Positions 13,098-26,861 of a stretch of DNA of 64,000 nucleotides are shown piece by piece. Source of the stretch: Octopus sinensis (Eukaryota); the NCBI RefSeq assembly GCF_006345805.1, contig NC_043000.1, positions 55,180,001-55,244,000 of the forward strand, read 5' to 3'. Position numbers and translations under genes: made by a program. The notes under the pieces are model-generated. The model searched no databases, had not been told where the DNA came from, and saw nothing but the letters and a program-made list of their open reading frames with translations. Position 1 is the stretch's first letter. Every line of letters starts with the position of its first letter.

Positions 13098-13467
13098 AAG
13101 TACTTAAATCTCAAAGATGTAGGACTGAGTGAAGTATTATTCGGATTGGAAAAGGCGTGGGTTTAAGGTTCAAAACCCTCGCCTAGTTGAATATGCAGTG
13201 TGTAAGATTGAATGTGATTGCTCAACATCCTTTGATTGCATCTCCGTTCGCATATGCTGCATGATAAGCGATAATCAGTCTTCATACATTATCGATCTGA
13301 TAGTCATGTTCGATATCGAAATTTGTCCTAATATTGTTTTAGCGTAAACGTTGACCGTCTAAAATAATACCATTCGTCTCTACAGAAGCAATGAATAATG
13401 GCATATATGACTTCAGCTGAATAGAAAATTACAAACGTATGCACATGCATATCTATCCATCTATCTA

Positions 13468-13509
<42 letters not shown>

Positions 13510-13536
13510 GTCTGTCTATCTGTCTGTCACTCTCTT

Positions 13537-13576
<40 letters not shown>

Positions 13577-14076
13577 GCGAGAGAGAGAGAGAGATAAATA
13601 GATAGGGAGATAGATAGATAGATATATAGATAGATAGATAGATATGGATATATATACATATATACGTAAAGACATACATAACTACATACGTATATATACA
13701 CATACATGAATATAAATATAAAAATGCATGCATATATACATACATATATGGATATAGCCATATAACTAGTTTTATATATAGATATACGATTATGAATTTA
13801 TATAGATATACGTTTATGAATTTCTGATGTGAAATCGTGAGTTGTTGAAACAGATATTGTATTTCGGGATGATCATATTATTTTGCCAAATAAACACACG
13901 TACTATATATATTTATTCTCCGCTCGTTTATTACTGTTCTTATTCTAACTCTTGTCTATTGTCCGGAAATCTTTTGCCACATATCTGTGACATCTTAAGC
14001 TACATTTTTCTTCTTCGCTGTCTCGTTGCTCCACTTATTTCATTCTGCTCTTCTATGATGTGTATTCTTATGTGCG

Positions 14077-14165
<89 letters not shown>

Positions 14166-14199
14166 AGCTGCAAAACAGGACAAAATTGGTTAACGCGAA

Positions 14200-14880
14200 A
14201 TTGTTTTGGACTAATGCTTATATGTCGATTAGTGTGTTGAAGTGCTTTGTGAGCACTAGCACAGTTTGGGCTACCAGGTGTCATCCGTAGTCCGGGTATA
14301 TTTATGCTGGATCTATTTTAGAAACTCTGCAGTGTTAGTTGAGATTATTAGAATTTATTAAGTAACCAGAATATGGATTGTTATTAATCTATATTTTGTA
14401 CAACAGTCGTGTTGACCCATCCTGGTACTGTCTCTTATGGCTGGGACTGCGTTAAATATGTGCTGAATCCATTTTGCATTTTGGGTCTCATCAGGTACAT
14501 CTATACATAAAGTTATATCTCGCTAAATATCCTGAGTTTAGGCTGTCATGTTATATGCCCGTCTGGTTAGGGAATGAAACATTGTTACAACTTTCAATTA
14601 CTATTATAATTTCAGGATAAGAATTGCAAACATTTTTGAAAATAGACAAATAAATGTTGATAAGAAAAAACAATAAAAGAAGAAAAAAGAAAATATAGAG
14701 TCTAAACTCTGGATCTTTAGTGAGAATCAACGTTATGTATGGATGCACCTGAGTGAAAAATGGATCCAATACAACATCTTGGACGGAGTCCGAACCATAA
14801 TGGACAGTAGCAGGATGGGTCGAACGACCATGCTACAAAATTAAGATTAATACCAATTCCATCTTCTGGTTATTAATACA
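14200..14880 (-). mobile_element. Fold-back element with two outward-pointing hammerhead-type arms (PLE pLTR-derived), copy 1
   Basis: 14358-14541 is an imperfect inverted repeat of 14702-14877. The left arm carries CTGATGAGACCCA...TGGGTC on the minus strand. 14200-14345 is homologous to the reverse complement of 38855-38993. Confidence 0.75.
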
Positions 14881-14887
14881 TTATCAT

Positions 14888-14922
<35 letters not shown>

Positions 14923-14961
14923 TATTATATATATATATATACATATAATATTTATTTTTCT

Positions 14962-15330
14962 TTCTTATGACCACTACTGATATGGGACTGCTGTGCCAGT
15001 TTACGTGCTGACTTATTTGGACTTCGAGTAATCCTTTGTCAAATGACCTGAATAACTTCCGGCATTCGAAATATAAGGTTTCCATGTCTTAGGGCCTTGT
15101 GCGCTGACCCCGTTGCACACCACTTCTTAACCCGCAGTTATATTGTTCTATTTGGCAGTACGCCTTTACCCGGAAACTTGACATCAAAAATGTTTCACGC
15201 GTTATGCTCAACGAAACTAGTTTTCACACACGCTTTCACAATCTCCATTATGTCCGCTGTTGACCACGCCATCTTGCAGAAAAAGCTAAATATGTTCACT
15301 CAATGTGATCTTACTATCAACTCATATGGT
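14962..15330 (-). mobile_element. Tc1/mariner-superfamily transposase N-terminal fragment
   Basis: From the ATG at 15272: MAWSTADIMEIVKACVKTSFV...LRVKKWCATGSAHK...QRITRSPNKSARKLAQQSHIS, typical of the MAW...W...FR.TGS...SP.RSARK.A HTH region. In-frame stops are present. Confidence 0.75.
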
Positions 15331-15799
15331 GAGGATGAGATGAAGATAACATAGCAAAGAACCGATTATGACGACTAGTACAAGAGGCCGAATTAAAATA
15401 ATCGCACTCGGAAACGAAAGGCTGTGTTCTTCGTGTGTGTAAATTTATTTTCGTATTTACATTACTCCACGGATCCCGGACTACTTTCTCGTGTGCCAAA
15501 TTTTTTGAATGCTACTTTGTAGCTTTGAAAATTATTATGGCACATAAATCTTCTGTTTCAGTGTCATTCTGGGTAATGAAATGAGTGATCCAGTATGCAT
15601 GTTACAATGTGGAAAACTTCGTTCATGTCCGGATATTTGAAATGCGTGTAAGCTAATGAAGTTATCGATAATCCATCAACATCTTTCAAGTTTTTTTCTA
15701 TTGTACACTCTGGTTAATATACCAAATTTAACTGATGCTCGATCTTCGGATTTACTAGCTAGCGTTGTAAGAGAAAAGGAATGACAACATAGATGGATT

Positions 15800-16090
15800 T
15801 TTGTGCGAGGAAATAAACAATATAGACGAGGCGATAAAACTCGATATTGAAAGGTATCAGGAAGTATCCTCGCATGTTAATTGCGTATTAATTAACAGAA
15901 AGAACTCGCAAAGATTAAGAGAGAATTCCAGAATAAATGTAGATATATCTCGAAAAGAAATAGATACCAGGAGACTGAAGTCAACTGTAAGCTATTCTGA
16001 ACGTTTAAAAGAGTTTAACATGGACATATAAAAAGATGATTAAATGATAAATTACGGAGATGTACTTGCATAGAAAGTGATTTGATCTGA
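15800..16090 (+). mobile_element. Decayed CR1-type LINE 3' fragment
   Basis: The ORF ends VSYSERLKEFNMDI and is followed by ...YGD, resembling the CR1 motif LSYEERLKELNL...RGD. Confidence 0.5.
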
Positions 16091-16123
16091 GATGGTGTGC
16101 TGAAACAAAAACAATTACTGCGT

Positions 16124-16338
16124 GGAAGATGTTTAGAAGCCATTTAAAAAAAACACACTAAAACTGTTAGATTCACTTCAAAATTTAAATTTAATTAGTC
16201 AAAAACCGCAACCTATTCACTGAATTTTGTCAGTGAACACGTCGCGGCTTCAAAGCGACGAAAATATTTTGACAAATTAAATTTAAATGTTGAAGTGAAT
16301 CTAACGGTTTTTTTGTGTGTGTTTTATAAACATCTTCC
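16124..16338. mobile_element. Palindromic MITE with ~80-bp imperfect TIRs
   Basis: Left GGAAGATGTTT...GTTAGATTCACTTCAAAATTTAAATTTAATT pairs with right AATTAAATTTAAATGTTGAAGTGAATCTAAC...AAACATCTTCC. Confidence 0.8.
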
Positions 16339-16887
16339 GCGCTACAAATGATTAATTGTGTTTAAAAATAAGTTTCAATGAGGTCACTTCGATGAATTTA
16401 CAATGAGTGGCCTTCTTTTCATCCATTCAATTTTTATACCATCCTTCTAATTCGTCTTATTTCTTTTACTCACTTTTGTATTTTCATCCATTTTTTCCAT
16501 GTTTGGCCCCCTGTGGGCAATAAAGAAATCATTGTTACGATCATCTGGACCGACCTGCTCGTGAATGTTGTTTGTGCGTTGTTCGAAAGGTTTGGCGTAA
16601 GTTTTGTGGATAATTTGTTGAATTTACACTGTTGGATTGTTACGTTGTTAAACAATTTGTTTAGTGTCCTTTGTGTAAAACAGTTTGTTTGCTTGAGGCA
16701 GTCGTTTGTTAAAGTTTTCCCCCTTGCGTGAAAGAGGAAAATATTGGTATATTTTGTTAAAAAACACACAAAACATGGATTGATTGCCAAGTAAATTCTG
16801 AACAGGTAAACAGGTGAACAGGTGTGGTTTCTGTACGTTCGGTTATTACTAGTATGATTGAACAAAGATCCGATCATGTGTAGACCA

Positions 16888-17527
16888 ATGTTGGGTGATT
16901 GGAAAGCGGGGTTTTGTGAGGCACTCAAGCTTCTCTGTCACACGGGCAACGCCAGCGGCGGGAGTTCCCCCTCGTCTTTCTATAGAGGGTTGGTAGAAGC
17001 TCAGTGTGACTAAGTCCTTGGGAGTCTCTAGTCTTTGATCATGATCAACTAGCTAGTCAGTGTTACCGAGGAGCCTTACCAGTTCGCGATAAACTCGCAA
17101 AGCATGGTGCCTCTTGCCCACCCATGTGCCCAAGATGTGAGAAGAACAAGGAAACCGTTCTGCACGCAAGTGTGCAATGCCTCCAAATCTCTGAGATGTA
17201 GTTTTACATTGAACATCTGCTGTCACGGCTGGGAAAGTACAACTGTCTTCCGAGTCGATTGTAAAGATTGTTCCTCCTGGCTTTTTTAACGAAGGAGGCA
17301 AGACTTAAGTTCTCGCTGTGGTCTCTATAGCGAAAGAAGCGGTATGGAAGACCCGCGTGAAAGGAATCGGGACAGGCACATTCATTTCTAGCCTTGGACT
17401 GGTCCATTACCTCATCTACCACCTTAAGAAGAAAATAAGGGCGGAGAGAAAATGCCTGTCATTTGATGTATATGGAAAAAGATGAAAGGCTGTGATGAGT
17501 TTGTTGCGAATGAATGAACCAACATAG
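16888..17527 (+). mobile_element. Tx1/L1-clade LINE 3' end (zf-RVT-type CCHC region)
   Basis: Reads QCYRGALPVRDKLAKHGASCPPMCPRCEKNKETVLHASVQC...AKEAVWKTR...HLKKKIRAERKCL, with stops; homologous to 25800-26163. Confidence 0.85.
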
Positions 17528-19983
17528 TGTGTCCATAAGGTTATACTAATGGTTACAGTGGTGATACGAGGTTTGCGTATTCGAAGCAAAACTCGTCTTC
17601 CACTTCATTGTTTGTGTATTTGTTTTGTTTATCATTTTGTTTATCATTTGATCTATAAAAATCTTTAACTTTTCAATAATAAAATAAAAGTATAAAGTTA
17701 TTTGAACATTCGCCTTAGATACGAAAGGATAACGATAAGACATACCCTATTATTATTTACATTCTCTATATTTTTTTAAGTGTGTATACTATTGGTTCGC
17801 GGTGATGTGATACAGAGGAGCACTTCCTTAAAATATTAAGTGATGTTCACCGATACATATTCCTGCCATACGTTAGCTGCACGACATTTTAGTTTGCCAT
17901 GTATTTAAGCGCAACCGGATACGATTAAATAGCTATCTCTATGTTAGTTGACAAAATGTTATGAATTACATATGAGTAGTTAAAAGTATTTCACTTTAAT
18001 CACATGCTTCTAGAATTTATTCACAATACTAAACTTTGCGTTAACAAATTTAATCTCAACGATATAAATAGTCTTCTAGCTGTAATACATAGACATAAAA
18101 TCTATGTGCTTAATATTTCATATTTTACTATATATTCCATATTTGTTTACAAAGTTTGTGATTAGTTTGTATGATTAAAGCCTACACACATGATTAACAT
18201 CGAGCAGAATTCTAGACACTGACTGAACTTTTTGTTTGTATAGTACAAATTTTCTTTAAGAGAAATCATTAAATTAAGCGTTGAATTAAGAGTTAAATTT
18301 GCAACACCCTATTCTTCCATCATAGACATGAGAAAGATTATAACTACTCGTATCTCCTGAATTACCTACTATCAAAGATTTTAATCATAGTCGCTTTAAC
18401 AGAAAGCCCATTGAAGCTATATTCATTTGATTTGTGAACCAATAAACAGCTTGCATGTGGATTTGGACTGCAAGAATCTTTATGTGAGTTCATGTGTTGA
18501 AGCACATCTGTTGTGTCTGGGGAGATTCATTCTCTTTTAGTGTCTTATAATTTAACACACTCACTTGTAAAGTTTCCACTCATTTACTTATTTATTTTTC
18601 TAAAATTTTCGTTGCAAGTTACAACCTTTTCAGCAACTATTGAAAATGTATATCTCTCTATATATATGTGTGTATATATGTGTGTGTGCATTTATATTTA
18701 TAAACATGTGTGTGTATGTGTGTGTGATAATAAAGCGATTATACATTAATCTGATGGGTTACTCTAGCCTTTTGCAAATTACAAATTTATTGTTGTTAAA
18801 CAAGAACAGTGACGTCGAATTTTCGGTCAGTGAAGCCATAGGAATCCATTAAATCACTTCTCTTAGCTTGTGAGAGCGGAACGCAGTTCATGAATATATT
18901 CAATAAGCAGTCGAAGGTCATGGGTTGTTATCGCTATAACCGTACACATGGTATTACTAATAGCCTGTAATGATAATATCCACTATCTGTATCATATATA
19001 ACAATTCCTGATGACAATCGGTAGACTTTTCGCGGAACCCAAACTTCACCAGCTACAGGCATAACTTTTCCAACAGAAAATTCACCATAAATAATGATGT
19101 TGGTTATTGTCATTATTATTTAGTAAAATATCAACTCCAATTGAACGATGCAATAATCAGAGATGCAATGATATAATATGGAATTTAATGGTTTTGGTAC
19201 TTACAAAAGAATACACACGGATTTAGATCACTCTCGATGAGTAACACATTAGTCATAAGGATGACTTATATGCTTTTCACCAAAATATTTTATACGTATA
19301 GTAACATTAGGCATCTACATATTTCTCGTTTATAGATACAACGATGGCATGTTTAGAGTTAGGACTTTGACACTGACTGCAGAGCCTTCGACTGAATACA
19401 TATTTTCATTTTCTTAGTTAGCTATGTAGCGTCTTCTTATTTCAGTAAAGTATAATCTATCATATTATTTATTACATTCGATTGCAAATTATCTCAGACA
19501 AGAGTACTAATTCTACTGATAATCAGTTTTAGTTATATTTTCATCATCTTAATCAAGAAATTAATTTAGAAGTGTTAGTCACTTTTGTTAGGTGCAAACA
19601 GGACTTCAAGTGGCAAGGTTGGTAAAAACAATTTCCATGCTTCTTTTTTATTCAGATAAATATTTCGTTTGCTATTTCTAGTGAACATTATTCATATTTT
19701 GAAGCTTTCTATTATATTATTTTCAATATCAAGTATATATGTGCAGCCATGGCAACATAAGTGTGTTAAACACACACATACACACACACATACATACATA
19801 CATACATACATACACATATGTGGGTGATCCTTTGCATATGCGTGTGTGTGTGTATGTGTGCATACGTCTGTGCGTGTGAAGACTAAAAAAAACAAACACA
19901 AGTAAATAAAAGTAGAAAGGAAGTAAAGTAAGATATAGATCGACAAGTAGGTAGCTATGTGGATAGGTAAGCACATAGGGATA

Positions 19984-19988
19984 GATAT

Positions 19989-20080
<92 letters not shown>
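19984..20080 (+). repeat. (GATA)n microsatellite
   Basis: Direct reading. Confidence 0.97.
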
Positions 20081-20081
<1 letters not shown>

Positions 20082-20659
20082 GACAACCAGACAGAAAGAG
20101 AAAGCGATATAAAGATATAAATATATATATATATATTTAATATTCAATATAGATTCATTACTTCTGTAATAATTATCAAGTGTATCAAAGAAGCACGTTG
20201 TTTTGGCTTAGAAAATAAAATTGTCGAAAAGGCCTGATGCGTCCTTTCATACCAAGTATATATTATGACAATTGCAATGCTATTTAGTGGAAAGAATAAT
20301 AATTTCTGCATTTGAGAATATCCGAGACTAAATGTTCAATAGTTTTTTGGGGGGTTTTTCGGGTTGGGGTCAGGGTTTCGTCTACGGATGTAGGTAATAT
20401 GTTTTCATTAATTACGCAGTATAGTCAATTCTGTGTCCATGCTGGACAATACAATATAAATAAAAGTTAGTGATATTTGTATTCCAAAATATTCAATATG
20501 TAATAAATCGTTATATGACTTAATTTCTTAATATATTCAGCAGTAATTTAATTGAAGGAGAGCCAACCTTGTAAACGGAAAACCAGAAGTAGGGCAATTA
20601 TACACGTTGGTTAAAATCCCTTATGATACTACGTATTAATACTATGCCTTAATAGTCAT

Positions 20660-20795
20660 TTCTATTATTTCGGCACTAAGCCCGAAATTCGGGGATGTGG
20701 GACTAGTCGATAACATCGATCCCAGTACGAAACTGCTACTTATTCAATCGACCCCAAAAGGATGAGAGGCAAAGTCAACCCCGGCAGAACTATGA
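20660..20795 (-). mobile_element. SINE A, truncated
   Basis: GGCACTAAGCCCGAAATT...GGATGAGAGGCAAAGTCAACC. Confidence 0.75.
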
Positions 20796-21403
20796 CTTAA
20801 TAATCCTATCAGTTCTAACAGCATATAATAAATATAGGCATGCCATGTAAGTATTTAATGTAAATGTTCGCTGTAAATTCATCTCAAGCCTGCAAAAATG
20901 TGTTTTTACAAAATTTATACATGTATGTATATATTACATCTTACGAATATTTAATCACGTCCGCACGCGTAAGACATACATTTTTGTGATGTTTTACGAA
21001 CGGTACTGGATTCCTAATCGTTTCGTCCTTTTCTCTGCCATGTCAGATTCAGGATTATATTATAACGTTTAGTAATAATTTTTCAAGACTGTGGGATAAT
21101 TTGTGAAGATAGTTTAGTAGTTGAAATGTCTTTCTTTTTTTGCATCGCTAATTCCTCTAAAAGAGAGAAAATATAAAATGCTACAAAATTAGGAGATACT
21201 TCTATAATATACAAAGAAACAAATAGTCGAAAAAATTAATGCTTGGTTTACCATGCCATCTTAGATATACAGTGATGCTATTAAGCTACTTTTCCTGCTG
21301 TGAAAGAAATGATTAACTGATTCTTTTTACCGCCATAAACGACATATTTTATGACGTGAAATTCAGCACGTACACACATATATATGTATATAAATGGTCG
21401 TGC

Positions 21404-21486
<83 letters not shown>
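21404..21486. repeat. Long (TA)n microsatellite
   Basis: Direct reading. Confidence 0.98.
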
Positions 21487-21487
<1 letters not shown>

Positions 21488-22036
21488 GAGTACTAAATAA
21501 TCTGTGCAAAATAATTAAACGAAATTCTGTAAAGATCATTATATTACTTATTGTGAGATAAGAGATAATACGAGAATATACGTTCCATTACTTCGCTCGA
21601 GTTTCCTTTTAAGTTGCTATGGAAATATTTCTATAATTCCCTTTATTTAATACTATCTCATTCAATGCTTGATGAAAACACGATGAAACTGTTTCCCGGG
21701 ATACGATAAGGTTTCATTTTTTTTTTCATTGTTATTCCAAACATATTATATTTTGCAAATCATTTAATAGGCGTTATATATTCACGTCAATTTGTTAAAC
21801 AGTAGGTGTGGGAGATATAGATTTTCTATAGATATCAGAGCAGCTTTCAAATTTAAGCAATATGAAGTACATATCATTTGTCGTAATAAATACGCAGAAT
21901 ATGGTTTACAAGTTTCTTCTAAAATAAGTTTAAGAAAACTTTGTGAATTACACAATGACTCCATCTGCACTAGAATTGTTAACATAGTTAAGCGCTTAAC
22001 ATATTTCATGCAGAAATTATAAAATATATCTTTTAC

Positions 22037-22237
22037 CTTTTCCTTGTCTCAGTCATGAGACTGCGGCCATGCTGGGACACTGTCTTGATATTTTAGTCGA
22101 ATAAATCGAGCCCAGTACTAAATTTTAAAGCCTGATACTTATTCTATCGGTCTCTTTTTGCTTAACTGCTAGGTTACAGAAACACAAACACACCAACACT
22201 GGTTATCAAGCACAGACTCAAAGACACACACACACAC

Positions 22238-22307
<70 letters not shown>

Positions 22308-22580
22308 AGAAATGAAGGAAAAATACCACTTGCTAAAAATTAAAGGGAAAGCTTTAAAAAACACCAATTCTACGATAAATACACACACGAGCAATGTGAG
22401 TGCTCAACATCGCAATGGTTGATATGATTTCTTTATTAGTGCATTCTTTCACTTTCCGTCTACCAAATCTATTCGCAAGAATTTCGTTCGCCCAAATCTT
22501 TAGTAGGAGACACTTGCTCAAGGTGCCACACGGTGGGACCGAACCAAGTTTCTTATCTCACAGTCACGCCTGCGCCTATG
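22037..22580 (-). mobile_element. SINE B, decayed, with expanded central microsatellite
   Basis: Tail at 22037-22230 and head/core (GACACTTGCTCAAGGTGCCAC) at 22485-22580 are collinear with 31886-32273. Confidence 0.7.
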
Positions 22581-23127
22581 GGAAAAAAGAAAAAAGAAAA
22601 AATATTTTTGGAGTTGAAATATAATATTGGTTACTATTTTTTAAATAACATTACATGTACGAAGACAATTCCAAATAAGTTTAAGCCTGCATAAGTCTAA
22701 ATTTGCCAAGTTCTATTCTCTGAATTTGGTGGAAGTATGACTACTATTTAGTAAGTATGTGTGTAACTGATGGGGTGTTTAAAGGACCAGGACATATGAT
22801 GAGGTGCTTTCTGCACTTGACGAAAAGATTGAAATACTATGAAGCATTAATTTAAAATAGTCTTGTGAACTGATTTGGTAAACGGAAACTGAAAAAAACC
22901 CGTGGTGTGTGTGTGTGTGTATGTGTGTGTATGTGTGTGTGTGTGCGTGCGTGTGTGTGTGGATGATCTGGGAACTGACGGTATTCTACATATTATTACA
23001 ACTTTGGTAAAACTATTATGTGCAACTCCTTACGCTGGTCAGAAAGTAGTTTTGCAACATTATCGCAACGTTGAAGAAGAAGCATGTCTGAAATGTCGGT
23101 CATCACTTTCTTCGTGTTAATTTTTCC

Positions 23128-23187
<60 letters not shown>

Positions 23188-25562
23188 CGCGCGCACACAC
23201 ACAGACGTACACACACTCGCATGAATAGATGATTTTGGTTGACTTTTCTAGCCTCTCATCCCTTTAACAAGATTGCCTTAGTTGTCTGAATGTATCTGTC
23301 CTTCTAGAAATATGAATAAAAAATTTAATGCGCTATTCTATCTTTTTAAATGACAGATGACTAGACGTCATTTTCTTAACACCTGCTATGAGTTTCTGAT
23401 TCTATTTAAATTCTGTGAACCTACTTTTGTAGATTTCAAGTAGTAGTTGAATGATGTCGACATTACGAAATGCTGCTTAATGTTAGCCGAGTATGCATTA
23501 ATAGAAAAGTCATCCAGCTTCCACACAAAGATCAAACAATAGAAGTAACTGCTTATAGAAAACGACCTAATAACACACCAAGGGGGCTGTCGTTCGAGCT
23601 CCTCTAAATATAAAATCTCGCTTAAATCACATCCCCTCTGATAAAAGAGAGATTTGATTATGTACACTTTAGCGATAAAGAAAGATCCATTACGCTTGGA
23701 AATGATTTTGAACATGGGTTTCTTTAATCCGTATCTATCTGGGGCTAAGCCACAACAGTAATGAATTATGGCTGTTTCTTCTATGATTATTTTTTTCACT
23801 TAGCACATGAAAAATGTTTTATTTTTGTATATATCGCTTTTTTTAATCAGTGAAAAGTTCAAATTACTCTAACCTTTTGATTGTTTGCAAAAAATAAGTA
23901 AACATTTTCCACAATCTACAGAAACCATTTCTATAATCAACTTCATTCAATAAATTAGCGTTTAAATGAATATCCATCCGACAACATATGCCTGTCTGTG
24001 TATATATATATTGTCTATGTGTATATATATATATTGTGTATGTGTATATGTATATATATATATATATATATATACATACATACATACATACATACATACA
24101 TACATACATACATACATACACACCCATACACATTTATTATTGCTTAATCCCTTTATTCATAGCCAGGGAGTCACCAAGATGAAATATTTTGTATTGATAG
24201 GTACATTTATTGAATAATTTAGTTTCAAAATAACAAGATGATATTAGAATAGCTAAACGTTTGTCTTTTATACGCGTTGTGTTATTTCTGTGAAAATATT
24301 TCATTATCAATATATTTATTGTTAAACTAACATTGTTGGGAAGTAGGTTTCATATACAATAATCATTTTGAATATAAACACGAACATTGAGGATACAGGA
24401 TATACGTACTTATATGTGTGCATATATGTGTGTAATATAAATTGTACGAAGCACACAAACTCTGCGTGATGCAGTTTTCCAATGTTCGCATATGTTAAGC
24501 TCCAGTCACATCACTAAAACTATACATTCTACCCACACTTGCTGTACTTTTCTCTCTGTTTATTTAACTATTACTCGTGATAACATTAGATATATAGAAC
24601 TATGTTATTATTCACCGATAATTATTATGTTTCTAACAATTTACTATCAAACTCTGGCAGACTCTGATTTATTTCATGAGATGATTTTAAACAATATATT
24701 GAGCATCTCGTTTGATTCTGTATTGTATAGCTTTGTCTTGTGAAGTAGAATCAAACGTAACTCATATTTTTGGACTAAACAACGTCAATACAGATTGCTT
24801 TTGTTCTGAATAGTTTACAGACGATAGCAATAAACTGGCTATTGCGTAGTAAATTGTCTACAATATCGTTTCAATACAAATCAATAATATTTGTCTTGTT
24901 ATATTATTGAACATATACTATTTTGTGTGTAAATATATGTAAACCACACATTCTGTAACACTGGATAAAATAGAGAAATATGTATGCATACATTATATCA
25001 TTTGTGAAATACATACAAATATACATATATGCATATATATGTGTGTGTATGTATGTATGTATGTATGTATGTATGTATGTGTGTATGTAGTGCAAGTAAG
25101 AAAATGAAGTATGATATTAGCACATATTTATTATTGGCTACAATTGTTCCGGTACCACTCTGTTTCTGACACCATTGCACGTAATTTATTCCATGTGAAA
25201 ATGTAGGCAATATCTGTGGTTGATGGATGGCTCTTCATCAGACTAGCATCAATATATGTGCCCTTCCATTGTGCGACTAGCATATATTTTATGTTGCTTG
25301 CATTGAGAAAAGTATGTTGGTAAGTACAAATATAATACATTAAAACGGATATCGTCAAAAAAAAAACAAAGAAAGCACAATAATAATAATGTAATGCAGA
25401 TGAAAAGAGGAAAGGAGAAGGTGAGCAAAATCAGCCACAATGATATAGTGATTTTAGTAATGCAAACAGCATAGATAATATAGACAATATAAGTATAATA
25501 GAGATCAGTTATAAACTACGAATATACATAATGACTGGACTCCATGACGAAATAATAATAAT

Positions 25563-25775
25563 AATCCTTTCTGTTATAAGCCAAAAATCCGAACTTTCGT
25601 GGGTGTGGTAAGTTTATTACATCGACCTCAGCGTTCAAATGGTACTTATTTTATAGGCCCAAAATAAGCGAATGTGTAAATTCGATCTTGACGGAATTTG
25701 AACCCTGAACGCAAAGGCAGACAAAATGCTTTAGAGTATTCGGCCGAAACTGCTAACAATTCTCCAGCTCACCTC
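25563..25775 (-). mobile_element. SINE A
   Basis: Decayed full-length homolog with an (AAT)n tail. Confidence 0.75.
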
Positions 25776-25799
25776 TTTGACATAAACCCACAGGTTAGC

Positions 25800-26163
25800 A
25801 ATGCTCGTGCAATCACTAGGTCGAGCAGAACGTTTTCATCCTTCTGGGTGCACCTTGGGCAGACCCGGCTGATGGCACTTCTGTGCCTATAAAGTTTATC
25901 CCAAACAGGCAGCGCCCCTCGGTAGCACTGACAGGCAAGGGGTTTCTGGAAGTTATCCATAGACGCAGGGGCGAAAGTTCTCTGAAACAGACCGGTTAGT
26001 TGATCTTCCTCAACGTCCAGAGTTTCCCCGAGCACGTAGTCGCACTTTCCCTCCGCTAGCCCTCTACAGAACGCTAGAGTAGAACTACCACCGACCGTGT
26101 TGCCCGCCGGGCGGAGGTCTGTGAGCGCTTGACGGCACTCGAGTTGCCAAGCGCCCCTCCTTC
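25800..26163 (-). mobile_element. Tx1/L1-clade LINE fragment (zf-RVT region)
   Basis: GGSSTLAFCRGLAEGKCDYVLGETL...QCYRGALPVWDKLYRH...CPRCTQKDENVL aligns with 16888-17527. Confidence 0.85.
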
Positions 26164-26189
26164 ATTTACACCTACTACTACTTATAATA

Positions 26190-26810
26190 ATAATCCTTTC
26201 TACAATAAGCAAAGAGCTTCGAATTTTGATGGGTAAGATATAGTCGATCACATCAACCCCAGTGCTTGACTGGCACTTATTTCATCGAGACTGAAAGGAT
26301 GAAGGCAAAGTCAACTTCAGCGGAATTTGAACTCTGAAAGCAAAGACAGACGAAATACTACTAAACATTTTGCCCAGATTTCTAACAGTTCTGCCAGCTC
26401 ACCGCTCTAATAATCATTTCAAAGTTTTCCACACGGGCAGCCACCTTGGAGGAAGGGATAGGTCGATTACATCAACTCCAGGGTTTCCCTGGTACTTAAT
26501 TTATTGACCCTCGAAAGGATGAAAGGCAAAGTCGACCTCGGTGGAATTTGAATTCAAAACGTTGCAGTAGACGAAATACCTATTTCTTTACTACCCACAA
26601 GGGACTAAACACAGAGAGAACAAACAAGGAGAGACAAACGGATTAAGTCGATTATATCGACTCCAGTGCGTAACTGGTACTTATTTAATCGATCTCGAAA
26701 GGATTAAAGGCAAACTCGACCTCGGCGGAATTCGAACTCAGAACTTAGCGGCAGACGAAATATCTCTAAGCATTTCACCCGACGTGCTAACGTTTCTGCC
26801 TGCTCGCCGC
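26190..26810 (-). mobile_element. Three SINE A copies in tandem
   Basis: Copies at ~26190-26407, ~26410-26600 (head truncated) and ~26600-26810 (alternative tail). Confidence 0.85.
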
Positions 26811-26823
26811 TTTGATAACCACT

Positions 26824-26861
<38 letters not shown>

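Noticed and set aside
18934-19113. 59-aa minus-strand ORF (MTITNIIIYGEFSVGKVMPVAGEVWVPRK...) and CTGATGAC near 19009
   Set aside because: Protein-like by eye but no homology recognised; the CTGATGA lacks helix II and a GAAA partner.
23386-23799. 137-aa minus-strand ORF and a CTCF-like CCAAGGGGGC motif
   Set aside because: No recognisable domain or splice context, and a single short motif match is expected by chance.
25162-25241. Minus-strand CTGATGAAG...GAAAC pair
   Set aside because: Helix II pairing is weak and there is no helix III or NUH geometry, so it cannot be supported as a hammerhead.
25563-26810. Regularly recurring short motifs that could suggest a CRISPR-like array
   Set aside because: The units are ~200-bp diverged SINE copies, not identical repeats with unique spacers; the context is eukaryotic and no cas genes are present.
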